From positions 128,001-192,000 of the forward strand of contig CAVRCF010000005.1 of NCBI GenBank assembly GCA_963719505.1: 64,000 nucleotides of DNA, given 5' to 3'. Numbering within the stretch: position 1 is the first letter of the stretch; each line of letters starts with the position of its first letter. Positions 10,801-20,468 of the stretch are shown here, in pieces. The notes beneath the pieces are model-generated. The model saw nothing but the letters and a program-made list of their open reading frames with translations, made no database searches and had not been told where the DNA came from. Both the position numbers and the translations under genes were made by a program. The stretch is from Halobacteriovoraceae bacterium (lineage in GTDB: Bacteria; Bdellovibrionota; Bacteriovoracia; Bacteriovoracales; Bacteriovoracaceae).

Positions 10801-11618
10801 TGAGCGTTAATATCTCCTGTTAAGTAGGGAGACAATAGACCTTTTAGTTGATCTGTCGTAATTTTTCGAGCAAACATGGAGACGGCATCTGTGGTAATCT
10901 CTTTTTGCTTTTTTTGAATGCGCATAAGACTCATGGATTCATAATCACTTGAGATTTCTTCAGCTATCTTTTCGGCGTCACTCCAGTCGAGCGCACCTTC
11001 AGGTTTAGGTGCTATACAGGCTTCTTTTACATTGAGTAAAATCAGATTTTTGATAAAGCTTGAAGATCCTCTTTTGCCTCCACAAGCAAAAAAGTGATCA
11101 ATTAGTTTATCCGTATCATTGTCGGTTAAAAGTTTTAGTAATTTTCCTGAGAGCCTTTTTGTTTTTCTTGGTCTCACAAAGTCTGCTTCAGTTAGTTCAC
11201 TGATTTCATCTTGTAGTTTTATAAAGGGAATTATATTGGCACAAATGGCATCTGAATCAGAGTTAACAATGGTGGTAATACTTCTAAAGAGATCGATAAA
11301 GTTTGGAGTATACTGTCGTTGCTGGGGCGTGCAGCTTGAGTTTCCAAAATCGAAATTTTGGACGACTTCAGAAGCTGGGCAGTAGTCAGAGCTGGCCTTA
11401 TTAAGTTCTTCTGTTAAAGCCGATAGATCATTGAGATCCCTGAGTGTCGTCTCAATATAATAACCGAGTGAATTTTGATGAGGGATTCTAACCTTAAAGA
11501 TATCATTATGAGCTTTATACTCCAAAGTGACTTCACTACAGTGAAGAAGGGGCTTCATCTTTTGCCAATCTGAGGCAAAGATATTGAATGATAATAACAA
11601 GATTATAAGTTTAAGCAT
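7857..11618 (-). CDS. Large secreted hypothetical protein with regularly spaced Cys in helical segments
   Basis: ~1250-aa ORF with an N-terminal signal peptide; no recognised family motif. Confidence 0.8.
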   Translation of the reverse strand: MLKLIILLLSFNIFASDWQKMKPLLHCSEVTLEYKAHNDIFKVRIPHQNSLGYYIETTLRDLNDLSALTEELNKASSDYCPASEVVQNFDFGNSSCTPQQRQYTPNFIDLFRSITTIVNSDSDAICANIIPFIKLQDEISELTEADFVRPRKTKRLSGKLLKLLTDNDTDKLIDHFFACGGKRGSSSFIKNLILLNVKEACIAPKPEGALDWSDAEKIAEEISSDYESMSLMRIQKKQKEITTDAVSMFARKITTDQLKGLLSPYLTGDINAQTDQFLEGLESYQELESIKTDDLTQYVSLVYSVEAPIEIGQKVLPLIVANSFSDRLPKTWTPSEKERFTNDTLIPKAVENYKKCLASEINYSGLNQSFIGLKDKIHYRASLKNNFCQKHPEKCPENSCGTQVNFLSEDDSATDTQRVQGCVVQSITTSIKPYLEKLIEDQKEVFKKDFEMTDKMATSLKEGTWNDLTSCLNKKLESSNSILNDPSALRKIDPTAYEKYIGQCGDFAQENVSRKFVSLILLNNKTLKDSYNEGSTTIDQYGIARSNQLTAITEKILTDAYTPCMDSQQGTKDATLCTPSIEMKAASMVIEKSLKDNNSQERADLNLIIKEFKACTNTSVTSSFTDIQNSTSRYPINTAEQTKTYLDRNPAFYSCIQTAIADSSYIIAGLEFDKSIQSNLEKVKDKNYLKDQRPLVQNEIKECFSREFTQMGTQQPWTSFLAFNENDGLTKLQNKCEQEATSLVISNVVIKEAIAALDPLVENQFFNSRTEVFNILSLKANQLKEKYSVNLPSDLNPDKRTHYIFREALKTHLKEGKTVDAFLDDATANLEQRTVGVIHKNLLAKVNDQGFSSSFDKACLFGLYKITQTDQSPDSEPLSMTKLADYLKIGINLYREQGRQTYSDKMSEIKEECQNIQRFSNNQQFQKSRFYDLIIKGQIQTLFKAEFENGIMDNLKDKLKSIQNPYKDIKLVHANKMITSMQELLDKNLESKKLYSTLFSDGEVMKYAHANIDALLSSSEKVKKELSKVLINQVFNDKDFADHFVKIQVLGNFGVSAIEQTFEQATRGKKFLWGSITFGSNAGKKAAETYFSDAKNIENLIDWERIPKSNRNIMIHSVINDAVLATVDKGDYPPRMDNEFSQQTVMDKLNQSVDKITNGYRNYDENVDREALKLARLFKKPSYTLDQTVEFFKANLYKSHMDRNVEGILMGHKYNSNETIRDRITEDISSLGNDFFWGNESDERVRSPALERE

Positions 11619-11661
11619 CACACTCTTATCGGCGTGATGCCGCTAATACTTGAGTAAAATG

Positions 11662-12855
11662 CTAATAAATAATAATTTCTTTTCTTTGCTCTAAGTACTT
11701 AGAAAGATGTTCAAATTCTAATGTATTGAGCTCTTGAAGAGTGCCATTGTTCTCAAGCCACGATCTCAGTCTATCGGTGCCGTTGATCATATCCAGTGGA
11801 TGTTGACCTTCACCGTACTCATAAGCCTCTTCTTTGTATTTGAAATCGTCCCCAATAAGGTTTCTGATTTCGCGACAAAGAATTTGGCACACCCGCCAAG
11901 GCTTAAAGGTGTGTCGGTCAGTAACGTGAATTTGAAAACCACCACAAGATATTCCAGCGTGCTTTTGAAATGTTGGCTGAAAGTTTATAGGGCGAAGAAC
12001 AAAGCCTGTAAGACAATTTTCTTTAAAGACTTCATCCATTTTTGTTTTAAAGGTCCAAGGGTTAATTTTTGGATGTCCCACGATCTCTAGAGATCGGGTC
12101 GTGCCACGTCCTTCAGAGATATTTGTCCCCTCAAAAAGAACTGTTCCTACAAAAGGCAAGCACCCCTCAGGTGTTGGGAGATTGGGCGACGGCAGCACCC
12201 AAGGCAGATACGTATCTTCAAAATACATCTGTCGGGAATAGCCTTCCATTTTTATAATATCAACTTTAGCTTTTTTATCAGTCCAAAACTTTTGATGCAT
12301 TCTGGCCACTTCACCCATGGTGAGACCATGTCTTACAGGAATAGGGTGTCTTCCAACAAAAGAAGAAAAATTAGTATCTAGGACATTTCCTTCAACGTCA
12401 TTGGCATTAATAGGATTTGGTCTATCTAAAATAATAACTTCTATGTCCTTATCCGCACACGCTTCTAAGACATATGTCATGGTGTAAATATAGGTGTAAA
12501 TTCTCGTGCCTACATCTTGAAGATCGATAAAGAGGTGATCAATTCCCTCGAGCATTTTATCGGTGGGTCTTCTTGTTTCACTGTAGAGAGAGTAAACGGG
12601 AAGATTAAAGTAGGGATGAACAAAATGGTCCGTTTCAATCATATTGTCTTGAACATCTGTGACAAAGCCGTGTTGAGGTCCAAAGACCTTTACCACTTGT
12701 TTGCCGAAGATCTCAATAAATTTTACTAAGGCGTGCTCATAGTTTTTATCGATACTTGCAGAGTGGCAAAGAAGGCCTATTTTCCCTTTGTATTTTTTTT
12801 GTAACTCTTTTGACTCAATTAATTTTTGCAATCCAGTTAGTACTTGATTAGACAT
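11662..12855 (-). CDS. namZ: Exo-beta-N-acetylmuramidase NamZ (DUF1343) family
   Basis: FGPQHG, YSLY, DLQDVGTRIYTY, LDRPNP, RHGLTMGE, PSPNLP, SEGRGTT. Confidence 0.88.
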   Translation of the reverse strand: MSNQVLTGLQKLIESKELQKKYKGKIGLLCHSASIDKNYEHALVKFIEIFGKQVVKVFGPQHGFVTDVQDNMIETDHFVHPYFNLPVYSLYSETRRPTDKMLEGIDHLFIDLQDVGTRIYTYIYTMTYVLEACADKDIEVIILDRPNPINANDVEGNVLDTNFSSFVGRHPIPVRHGLTMGEVARMHQKFWTDKKAKVDIIKMEGYSRQMYFEDTYLPWVLPSPNLPTPEGCLPFVGTVLFEGTNISEGRGTTRSLEIVGHPKINPWTFKTKMDEVFKENCLTGFVLRPINFQPTFQKHAGISCGGFQIHVTDRHTFKPWRVCQILCREIRNLIGDDFKYKEEAYEYGEGQHPLDMINGTDRLRSWLENNGTLQELNTLEFEHLSKYLEQRKEIIIY

Positions 12856-12935
12856 GCCGTTTTGACCTTTTTTTAGTTAACACTTTATAAATGATATTTT
12901 ACAATTAACAATAACACCACACAAGAGAGAAAGAC

Positions 12936-13730
12936 ATGAAGCAGTATCTAGAATTAATGAAAAGGGCCTATGACAATGGAGTCTCAAAAGAGGATCGAAC
13001 CGGAACAGGTATTCGTTCAGTCTTTGGGCATCAAATGCGATTTGATCTCTCTGAGAGCTTTCCTATGGTAACGACCAAAAAATGCCATATGAAGTCTATC
13101 ATTCACGAACTGTTATGGTTTTTAAAGGGTTCTGGAAATATTAATGATCTCAAAGAGCATAAAGTTCGCATTTGGGATGAGTGGGCCGATGAAAATGGAG
13201 ATTTAGGTCCTGTTTACGGTGTTCAGTGGCGTTCATGGAAGGGTGTTGATGGAAAAACTCACGACCAAATTAAAGATGTTATAGAACAGATCAAGACTAA
13301 TCCAAACTCCAGACGTCTTATCGTCAACGCGTGGAACGTAGGGGAGCTTGAACACATGGCTTTACCACCTTGCCATATGTTTTTTCAATTTTATGTGGCC
13401 AATGGTCGCCTGTCTTGCCAGCTCTACCAAAGAAGTGCTGATATTTTCCTAGGCGTGCCTTTTAATATTGCAAGCTACGCTCTTTTGACGATGATGGTGG
13501 CTCAGGTTACAGGTTTAAAACCAGGTGAGTTTGTCCACACTATTGGAGATGCCCATATATACAATAATCACATCGAACAGTGTGAGCTGCAAATGAGCAG
13601 AGAGCCATTTTCATTGCCAAAAATGATCATAAACCCAAGTGTGAAAAATATTGATGACTTTAAGTTTGAAGATTTTGAGCTGGTCGGGTATGAAGCTCAC
13701 CCGCATATTAAAGGAATTGTCGCAGTATGA
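12936..13730 (+). CDS. thyA: Thymidylate synthase
   Basis: [37 protein letters not shown]. Confidence 0.98.
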   Translation: MKQYLELMKRAYDNGVSKEDRTGTGIRSVFGHQMRFDLSESFPMVTTKKCHMKSIIHELLWFLKGSGNINDLKEHKVRIWDEWADENGDLGPVYGVQWRSWKGVDGKTHDQIKDVIEQIKTNPNSRRLIVNAWNVGELEHMALPPCHMFFQFYVANGRLSCQLYQRSADIFLGVPFNIASYALLTMMVAQVTGLKPGEFVHTIGDAHIYNNHIEQCELQMSREPFSLPKMIINPSVKNIDDFKFEDFELVGYEAHPHIKGIVAV

Positions 13731-14245
13731 TCGTCTCGGTCATTACAGCTTTTGATAAAAATGGCGCCATCGGCTCCAAAGGAAATCTTCCTTGGTCGGT
13801 AAAAGACGATTTTGAAAATTATAAAAAGATAACAAGTGGTCACTGCCTTATCATGGGGCGAAAAACTTTTGAATCAGACACTCAACCTCTTCCAGGTCGA
13901 ACAAATATCGTTATCACCACAAATAGACAGTACAAAGTTGAGGATCAGCGCACACATATCCGTCACAGTGTCGAAGATGGGCTTAAATTGGCCTTAGAAC
14001 TTGGATTTGAGCAATGCTTTATCAACGGTGGTGGTCAGATCTACGAGCTTGGCATGCCCTATGTCTCAAAAGTCTATATCTCAACAATAAATTGTCAAAT
14101 TAGTGACGCCGATTCTTACTTTCCAAAAACAGATTTTGGAAGCTGGGAAAAAGTGGAAAGTGCTCACTACCCAAAAAATGAGAGAAATGACTACGCTTGG
14201 GATTTTAATGTCTATACAAGAATCGCTCCCTCCCACTTTGGTTAG
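13727..14245 (+). CDS. folA: Dihydrofolate reductase (copy 1)
   Basis: [30 protein letters not shown] overlap with thyA. Confidence 0.95.
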   Translation: MIVSVITAFDKNGAIGSKGNLPWSVKDDFENYKKITSGHCLIMGRKTFESDTQPLPGRTNIVITTNRQYKVEDQRTHIRHSVEDGLKLALELGFEQCFINGGGQIYELGMPYVSKVYISTINCQISDADSYFPKTDFGSWEKVESAHYPKNERNDYAWDFNVYTRIAPSHFG

Positions 14246-14420
14246 TACTTGATTAAAAAGATCATTTAACAAAGTCTTACATTTGTAACCTTTAAGCTTG
14301 GGTATCTTTCCATATCGTTTCTCTATGCATAAAGTGAATGTGAATAAATATTCATAATTTATTTACATTTTTTGGGTTGAAAACAACGGATGTTTTTTTT
14401 TGGAAATAGGAGGTTTTTCC

Positions 14421-15125
14421 ATGAATCTTATAGAACAATTCCACGCTGGTGGATTCTTTATGTACTTTATCTTACTTTTTGGATTGCTAACAATCGGATT
14501 TATTTTCGAAAGAGCAATTGCGCTTTATACTCGTTATAAGACGGCTCCAAAAGATTTTAGACAAAATATTCTAAGCTTTATTGCTAACAATGATTTTGAT
14601 TCTGCAAAAAATTATATTGAAATGTCCGCAAAGAATACTTCAATTGGAAATATCGCAGCTGTCGGTTGTAAAATGAGACAAGCTGGAGCTGGAGACGAAG
14701 CTCTTCAAGCGAGAATGGACGAGCAGCTTTCAAAAGAAATTAGCTCTGTCGATAAAAGAACTGGATTTCTTGCGATGTTTGGTAACGTGGCAACTTTATT
14801 CGGTCTTCTAGGAACTGTTACAGGTCTTATTAGTTCATTTGCCGGTGTTGCAGCGGCCAGTCCAGTAGAAAGAGCAAACCTTCTTTCTCAAGGTATTTCT
14901 GAAGCCTTAAACTCAACAGCTTTTGGTCTTCTTGCTGCTATTCCAGCACTTGTTGCTTTCGCAATTTTTACAGCGAAAACAGAATCAATTGTTACGAAAT
15001 TAACTGAAGAAGCATCAGCTATCTATCACGACTTTCTTTTTTATACAGAAAATGATTCTGAGAATACGGGTAAGGGTTTTAAGAAACCAGAAGCTTCTGA
15101 ATTTGAAGCGACAACTCGTAACTAA
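14421..15125 (+). CDS. MotA/TolQ/ExbB proton-channel protein (AglR-like)
   Basis: GLLGTV.G, GISEAL..TA.GL..AIP motifs; AGGAGG RBS before ATG 14421. Confidence 0.92.
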   Translation: MNLIEQFHAGGFFMYFILLFGLLTIGFIFERAIALYTRYKTAPKDFRQNILSFIANNDFDSAKNYIEMSAKNTSIGNIAAVGCKMRQAGAGDEALQARMDEQLSKEISSVDKRTGFLAMFGNVATLFGLLGTVTGLISSFAGVAAASPVERANLLSQGISEALNSTAFGLLAAIPALVAFAIFTAKTESIVTKLTEEASAIYHDFLFYTENDSENTGKGFKKPEASEFEATTRN

Positions 15126-15193
15126 TTATAAGCTCTCTTTCTAGAGAGCTTGTGGAGAATTAATTTTGGTCTACGGATAGACCGAGGATAAAA

Positions 15194-15679
15194 ATGAGAA
15201 AGAATACAGGCCTTGGTGGCCCTAAAAAAGATTTAAATGCTGAGCTAAATCTCACTCCCTTTATCGATCTGCTTTCAACATGTGTTTGTTTCCTTCTGGT
15301 GACAGCTGTTTGGATAGAAATTGGAACAGTTGAAATCAAACAAAGCCATGGAACAGAAGCGGCGGCGAGTAAGAAGATTAGCTACGACCTTGATGTTGTT
15401 TATCAAGGGGCAAATAAACTTCGCATGAATTTAAAGAAAAACGGTCGAACGATTAAAGGCTTCAATGTTCAAGGTGAAAACTTTGAACAAATGACTGAGC
15501 AGATGAACACAATCGTTCAAACCAAAGTTTTAAACTTTAAAAACAAAGCGATTGAAATTGCGACAGCGACAATCACTCCTAGATCAGACGTCAATTACGG
15601 AAGCCTAGTCAAAACACTCGATGTGCTTCGTAAAAATCAGATCGTCAATATCGGGGTTCTTTCTGCGAGGGGTAACTAA
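15194..15679 (+). CDS. ExbD/TolR family protein (AglQ/AglS-like)
   Basis: LNLTPFIDLL with conserved Asp, then one TM segment. Confidence 0.9.
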   Translation: MRKNTGLGGPKKDLNAELNLTPFIDLLSTCVCFLLVTAVWIEIGTVEIKQSHGTEAAASKKISYDLDVVYQGANKLRMNLKKNGRTIKGFNVQGENFEQMTEQMNTIVQTKVLNFKNKAIEIATATITPRSDVNYGSLVKTLDVLRKNQIVNIGVLSARGN

Positions 15680-16191
15680 TGAGAATAAGTAATAGCCTTG
15701 TTCAAAGCTCTGCCTTTGAAAAACATTTAGTCAATAGAAGAAGAAAAAGATCATGGGCCTTAAAAGCGGCGGGATTTACTCTCATGCTAACGTCTATGGT
15801 TGATATGTTCAGCATGCTTGTGGTTTTCCTTTTACAAACTTTTTCAAGCTCTCCTGAGATTCTTATCACTAAAGGGGTTGAACTTCCAAACTCTTTGACT
15901 CCTTCAATTGTTAAGGAGGCACCAGTATTGTCTCTTTCCAAAGATGGAAATTTGTATCTTGATCAAAAGCTTGTTGGTGAGACTAAAAATGTTTCTAAAA
16001 GACCACAGCTTCTTTTAAAGAAACTTTCAGATATCAAACAAAATTGGGCCAAAGGTCATGCGGGGGCTTTTCCTGGTGAAATCAACCTTCAAGCCGATAA
16101 AGAGGTTCCAAGCACGACTGTCTCTGAGATTATGGGTGTTCTCACCAGTAGTCAGTATCAGTCTATTCAGCTCGCTGTTATAGGAAGGTAG
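15679..16191 (+). CDS. ExbD/TolR family protein (AglS/AglQ-like)
   Basis: LTSMVDMFSMLVVFLL, LQADK. Confidence 0.9.
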   Translation: MRISNSLVQSSAFEKHLVNRRRKRSWALKAAGFTLMLTSMVDMFSMLVVFLLQTFSSSPEILITKGVELPNSLTPSIVKEAPVLSLSKDGNLYLDQKLVGETKNVSKRPQLLLKKLSDIKQNWAKGHAGAFPGEINLQADKEVPSTTVSEIMGVLTSSQYQSIQLAVIGR

Positions 16192-16195
16192 TAGA

Positions 16196-18973
16196 ATGAA
16201 ACTATTAGTTCTTCTCCTTTTATCCGTTTTCTCTGTAAGCTCTGTGGCCAATACAGGAGAGTATCTTATTTCCGAGATGGAAGACTTAAGAAATTCTTTA
16301 AAGCCAGATGATCCAGCGAAAATTGATTTAACTCTAAGGCTTGCTGATCTTTATTTTGACGTCTCAATTAAAGAGGAAGGTAAAGTTGATAGCAAAGAGA
16401 ATCGTGCTATTCAAAGAAAGAGAGCTCTCTCTTTGTACACTTCAAGTCTTGAAGGTGCTGATAAGGCCACAGGATTAACTGAGGCAAAAATTATTTTTCA
16501 AATGGGAAGACTTCACTCTCGTTTGGATGAGTTTAAGAAAGCGGAAAATTATTATATAGACGTTTTCAATCATAAAGATGCAACAAAGAAACTTAAAGAG
16601 CAGTCAGCATTGGCTTTAGCTGAGTGGTATGAAGAGGACGCTAAGTTTTCTTCGGCCAATAAGTACTACGAAGAAGCTAAAAGCAGATGTGACTCTAAAG
16701 AGACTTGTAATTATATTTACTACAGAAGATCTTGGCTTTTATACAAAGACACCAAACTTGTTGAGGCAATTGAAGAGATTAAAAAGTCTCTTTGGAATAC
16801 TGATGGCAGCGTTCGAGAGAACTCTCTGACAGATATGATTATGTTTATGTCCAATGCACCAGGAAATGGTGATGATGAGTATAAGTTTGTCGCACAGCTT
16901 GCGGCTAAAATTAATCGCCCCAAATTAGAAAGTGATTTAACAGAAGCTTTTTACGCTGCCGGTAATAGAATGGCCGGAAGCAATCTTTTAATGAAGTTAA
17001 ATAATAAAAACCCTGAACTCTTTAATGAAGTAAGACTTCTTGAAGAATTTTATGGTTTTAGAAACTGGGACAATGTAGAGCTTTTTCTATCAAAACTCGA
17101 AAAAAGGCCAAGTCTAACCCTTCCAGCGAACAAAGATAAAAGCGAAGAGATGAAAAAAATCATCCGTCGTTATATCGTCCAAATTGATGCTGAATCTCAG
17201 GTGGCAAATGATCTTTTTCCTTTTTTAAAGAGATCAATCGATATTTACTTGGCGCTTTATCCAAATGATGATCTTAGAAAAAATATGCAACAAGGTTGGC
17301 TAAAAGCTGAGGACTCTAAAGAGAGAAAAGTTGAGAGACTTGGACGTTGGATTTCTGAAGACGTGGCTTTTAACAAAGACAAAAAAGATATTAGAGAGCT
17401 TAGACAAACAAGACTGTCATTAGCTCAAGAACTTAATAAAGATAAGATCGTTTTAGAAGAGTCATTGGCCTTGAGAGAAATCCTTAAGGGCTCTGATGAA
17501 GCGGACGAATTTACTTATATTGCCGCACGCGAATACTACGGTAAAAAAGAGTTCAAAAAGGCCCTTCCTCTTTTTAATGAATTAACAAATAAGGTTGTGG
17601 AGACCAAAGAGCTGACCAAGTGGTCGATGCTGTCTCAAAACCTAACACTTGATATCTATAATCAGCAAAAAAGCTTTGATCTTTTAATGAAACAAGTGGC
17701 GCTTTGGAAGTCAGTGGAAGGGTTAGCAAAACCTAAAAAATACGAAGAGGATTTTAAAAACTTTGATCAAGTCTATGTCCAAGCTGAGTTTGAAAATGCA
17801 GCAAAGCTTGGTGAAACACCACAGGGCTTAGCAACCTTTTACAAATTTTGTTTTGATAATGTTTATCCAGAAAAATCCTGTCCAAATGCTAAGGTTTTGG
17901 CCGTAAAGCTAAAAGATCAACAAAAGCTTGTCTCTCTTCTTGAAAAGGAAAACGATGAGACGGCCCTTGTCACTGAATATGAGATGATGGGACGCTTCTC
18001 TGATGCAGCAAAATTGCAAGAAAAACTGAACCTTAAAAATGACTCTGACTTTCAGGTCTATTTAAAGATTGCTCTTTTATACGAACTTGATCAAGACTTT
18101 AAGAATAGAGATAGAATCTTAGATAAAGTTATCGCTAAGTTTAAAAAGACAAAAGATATTGATCCCAATATGGAGACTCTTATATTTGTCACTTTAGATG
18201 AAGCCGGCTTAATAGATTCTTCTTCTTTGACTCTTCCTTGGTCACTTAATAGAAAGATCACACTTGCTAATAAGTTTGAAACTCTTTCAGGATCTAAGAT
18301 CACAAAAAACTTTATCCTCTCTCAAGAACAGTCAACTGGACCACAGTGGTCAAAGCTTGTGCTAGAGAAGGTTCAAGCTGAATACAAAAAACCTGCTCGA
18401 ATTAACTTCTACGGAAGCAATTCTAAGTGGAAATTTAAAAAGCGTGTCAAAGCGATGGATAAGTTTTCGACTTTGGCAAAAAGCTACCTTGAGGGCGCTG
18501 ATAGTGAGACGCGTATCTATATTCTTCAGATGCTTAAAAGTACCTACGATATTATGGCGATTGAGCTCCAAAGTACTCCTCTTCCAGAGGGACTGGATGA
18601 AGAAACTCTAGGAAGGGTTATGAATCAGCTTGCTGATATGGCCATGCCTTATTCTAAAGTTGCATCAGACTATGATCGGCTTTTAAATGAAGAGCTTGCA
18701 AAGGCTCCAAATAAAGAGCTTATTGTTAAAAATCTAGAATCCGCCAATGAGGACTACGCTTCATTTATTAAAGCCAATGATTACGATCAAAAAGAGGATC
18801 TTAGAAATTTTGATTATGCAGCTTATAAAACGAGCAAAGAGCTTCTCAATAAAAAACCTGAGGACATAACGATCATTTCTAAGATGGAAAATTTTTATAA
18901 AAATAACAACTCAATGAGACTGGCTTCATATTTCACGGGCAGAAAACCTAGTGAACAGCCAGTTCAAAAGTAA
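16196..18973 (+). CDS. Large periplasmic TPR protein (GltD/AgmU-like)
   Basis: Signal peptide, TPR-like helices (LRLADLYF, LALAEWYEE), position in cluster. Confidence 0.7.
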   Translation: MKLLVLLLLSVFSVSSVANTGEYLISEMEDLRNSLKPDDPAKIDLTLRLADLYFDVSIKEEGKVDSKENRAIQRKRALSLYTSSLEGADKATGLTEAKIIFQMGRLHSRLDEFKKAENYYIDVFNHKDATKKLKEQSALALAEWYEEDAKFSSANKYYEEAKSRCDSKETCNYIYYRRSWLLYKDTKLVEAIEEIKKSLWNTDGSVRENSLTDMIMFMSNAPGNGDDEYKFVAQLAAKINRPKLESDLTEAFYAAGNRMAGSNLLMKLNNKNPELFNEVRLLEEFYGFRNWDNVELFLSKLEKRPSLTLPANKDKSEEMKKIIRRYIVQIDAESQVANDLFPFLKRSIDIYLALYPNDDLRKNMQQGWLKAEDSKERKVERLGRWISEDVAFNKDKKDIRELRQTRLSLAQELNKDKIVLEESLALREILKGSDEADEFTYIAAREYYGKKEFKKALPLFNELTNKVVETKELTKWSMLSQNLTLDIYNQQKSFDLLMKQVALWKSVEGLAKPKKYEEDFKNFDQVYVQAEFENAAKLGETPQGLATFYKFCFDNVYPEKSCPNAKVLAVKLKDQQKLVSLLEKENDETALVTEYEMMGRFSDAAKLQEKLNLKNDSDFQVYLKIALLYELDQDFKNRDRILDKVIAKFKKTKDIDPNMETLIFVTLDEAGLIDSSSLTLPWSLNRKITLANKFETLSGSKITKNFILSQEQSTGPQWSKLVLEKVQAEYKKPARINFYGSNSKWKFKKRVKAMDKFSTLAKSYLEGADSETRIYILQMLKSTYDIMAIELQSTPLPEGLDEETLGRVMNQLADMAMPYSKVASDYDRLLNEELAKAPNKELIVKNLESANEDYASFIKANDYDQKEDLRNFDYAAYKTSKELLNKKPEDITIISKMENFYKNNNSMRLASYFTGRKPSEQPVQK

Positions 18974-18982
18974 GGATTACTG

Positions 18983-19234
18983 ATGAGACAAATTGTTAAA
19001 GGAATAACAATTGTTACTTTCTTATTTTCACTCAGCCTTATGGCCGCGCCAAAGGTTAAGTACAAGAAAAGTAAAAACATTGATTTTGAATCTCTTCTTA
19101 TCGAAGGGGAGAATAAAAAACCGGACATGAGTATTGTCACGGGAAATATCGGTGAAAAAGATTTAGGTCTTTTAAAGCTGAGAGAAAATTTTGTTGATTA
19201 TATGAGTAACGATGCTGGGGAGATAATTAAATGA
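18983..19234 (+). CDS. Small secreted protein, GltF/CglF-like
   Basis: Signal peptide; IDFE..LIEG...KP and L..LRENF pattern typical of CglF-like proteins. Confidence 0.65.
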   Translation: MRQIVKGITIVTFLFSLSLMAAPKVKYKKSKNIDFESLLIEGENKKPDMSIVTGNIGEKDLGLLKLRENFVDYMSNDAGEIIK

Positions 19235-20430
19235 TTTCAATTCAAACTATTGACGGACAATTGATTAAAAACCTCTCAAACTTTAAAGGTGGAACCTTCG
19301 GCTTTCACAAGCTCTTTGGATTTATCTCGGAAGCTCGTGCCAACCAAAGAATGGTTGCGCGTAAGAGACAGTCTTTTGATTACTCAGATGATTCATGGAA
19401 CTTCTCTTTTGAGTTGAAAAAAAATGGAAGTGATTATGAGTTTAATAATCTCAATAACTGCGAAGTCATCTCTAAAGATAAAGCGGGCTGGACCTTAAAG
19501 TCTGAGCAAGGAACTTTTAAGATTCTAAAATCAGCCTCAGCTGCATTGTCAGCTCCTGCAATAGAGATAGAAAGAACGGGCTCTAGACTTCCAAAGCATT
19601 TAGAAACTCTTCTTCTCGCTCTTTTAATCACAGCACCTATTCTCTACTTTATGTTTAACCAACCGGTTGAAGAAGAAAAGAAAGATGAAATTAAAGAAGT
19701 TATAACCGTAAAAATTGTGAAAAAAGAGAATGTTGTCTCTATTAAACAAAATAATCCAAAACTTAAGGCAAAGCCTTTAACTAAAGCGCAAAAATCAAAG
19801 ATCGCTGTTCAAAAGAACCTAGGGTTCTTAAGTATGGTGGGATCAAAAGATCTTAAGAAAGTTGTGGGGGGAGTTCCTCAAAAACTTAAAGCTGCTACAG
19901 CTGGTGCTGGTAAAGGCGGAGATGCTGGTAGTGGAGGAGAGCTCTTAACGGGTCTTGGTAAAGGTCTGAGAAAGACAACTGTTGGTAATACAGGTGTTGC
20001 GGGCCTTGGTGGAGTAGGAACTAAAGGTGCCGGCGGCGGTAAAGGTGGATACGGAAGCTCAATGGTTGCCTCGGGAACTGGAAAAGGTATTTCGGCCATC
20101 GCAGTCTCTAATTCTAATATGGCGCTTGAAGGTGGTCTTTCTCGTTACGCTATAAATGCCACGATCGCAAAATACCTCTCTCAGGTAAGACGCTGTTATG
20201 AAACAAGTTTAAAAACAAATCCAGATATTCAAGGTTTAGTTGAAGTGAGTTTTATGATCAATGGATCAGGTGGACTTGATTACTCTAAAGTTAAAAGAAC
20301 TACTCTTAAGCACCCTGAAACTGAAAAGTGTATCACGACAAAAATGATGGGCTGGCAGTTTCCAAAGCCAAGAGGTGGAGTGAAGGTTCCCGTGAACTAT
20401 CCATTTATGCTTAGACCGGTTGGGAGATAG
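19231..20430 (+). CDS. GltG/AgmX/PglI-like protein (TM, Gly-rich linker, TonB-like C-terminus)
   Basis: VRRCYE..L..NP..G.V...F.I and W.FPKP.GG..V.YPF C-terminal domain. Confidence 0.8.
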   Translation: MISIQTIDGQLIKNLSNFKGGTFGFHKLFGFISEARANQRMVARKRQSFDYSDDSWNFSFELKKNGSDYEFNNLNNCEVISKDKAGWTLKSEQGTFKILKSASAALSAPAIEIERTGSRLPKHLETLLLALLITAPILYFMFNQPVEEEKKDEIKEVITVKIVKKENVVSIKQNNPKLKAKPLTKAQKSKIAVQKNLGFLSMVGSKDLKKVVGGVPQKLKAATAGAGKGGDAGSGGELLTGLGKGLRKTTVGNTGVAGLGGVGTKGAGGGKGGYGSSMVASGTGKGISAIAVSNSNMALEGGLSRYAINATIAKYLSQVRRCYETSLKTNPDIQGLVEVSFMINGSGGLDYSKVKRTTLKHPETEKCITTKMMGWQFPKPRGGVKVPVNYPFMLRPVGR

Positions 20431-20468
20431 TTAGAATGAAAGAAAATAATCAGGCACAAGGAAATATA

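Noticed and set aside
19880-20100. GGT/GGA-rich low-complexity stretch as a repeat element
   Set aside because: It encodes the Gly-rich linker of the GltG/AgmX-like protein. The antisense Pro-rich ORF is its shadow.
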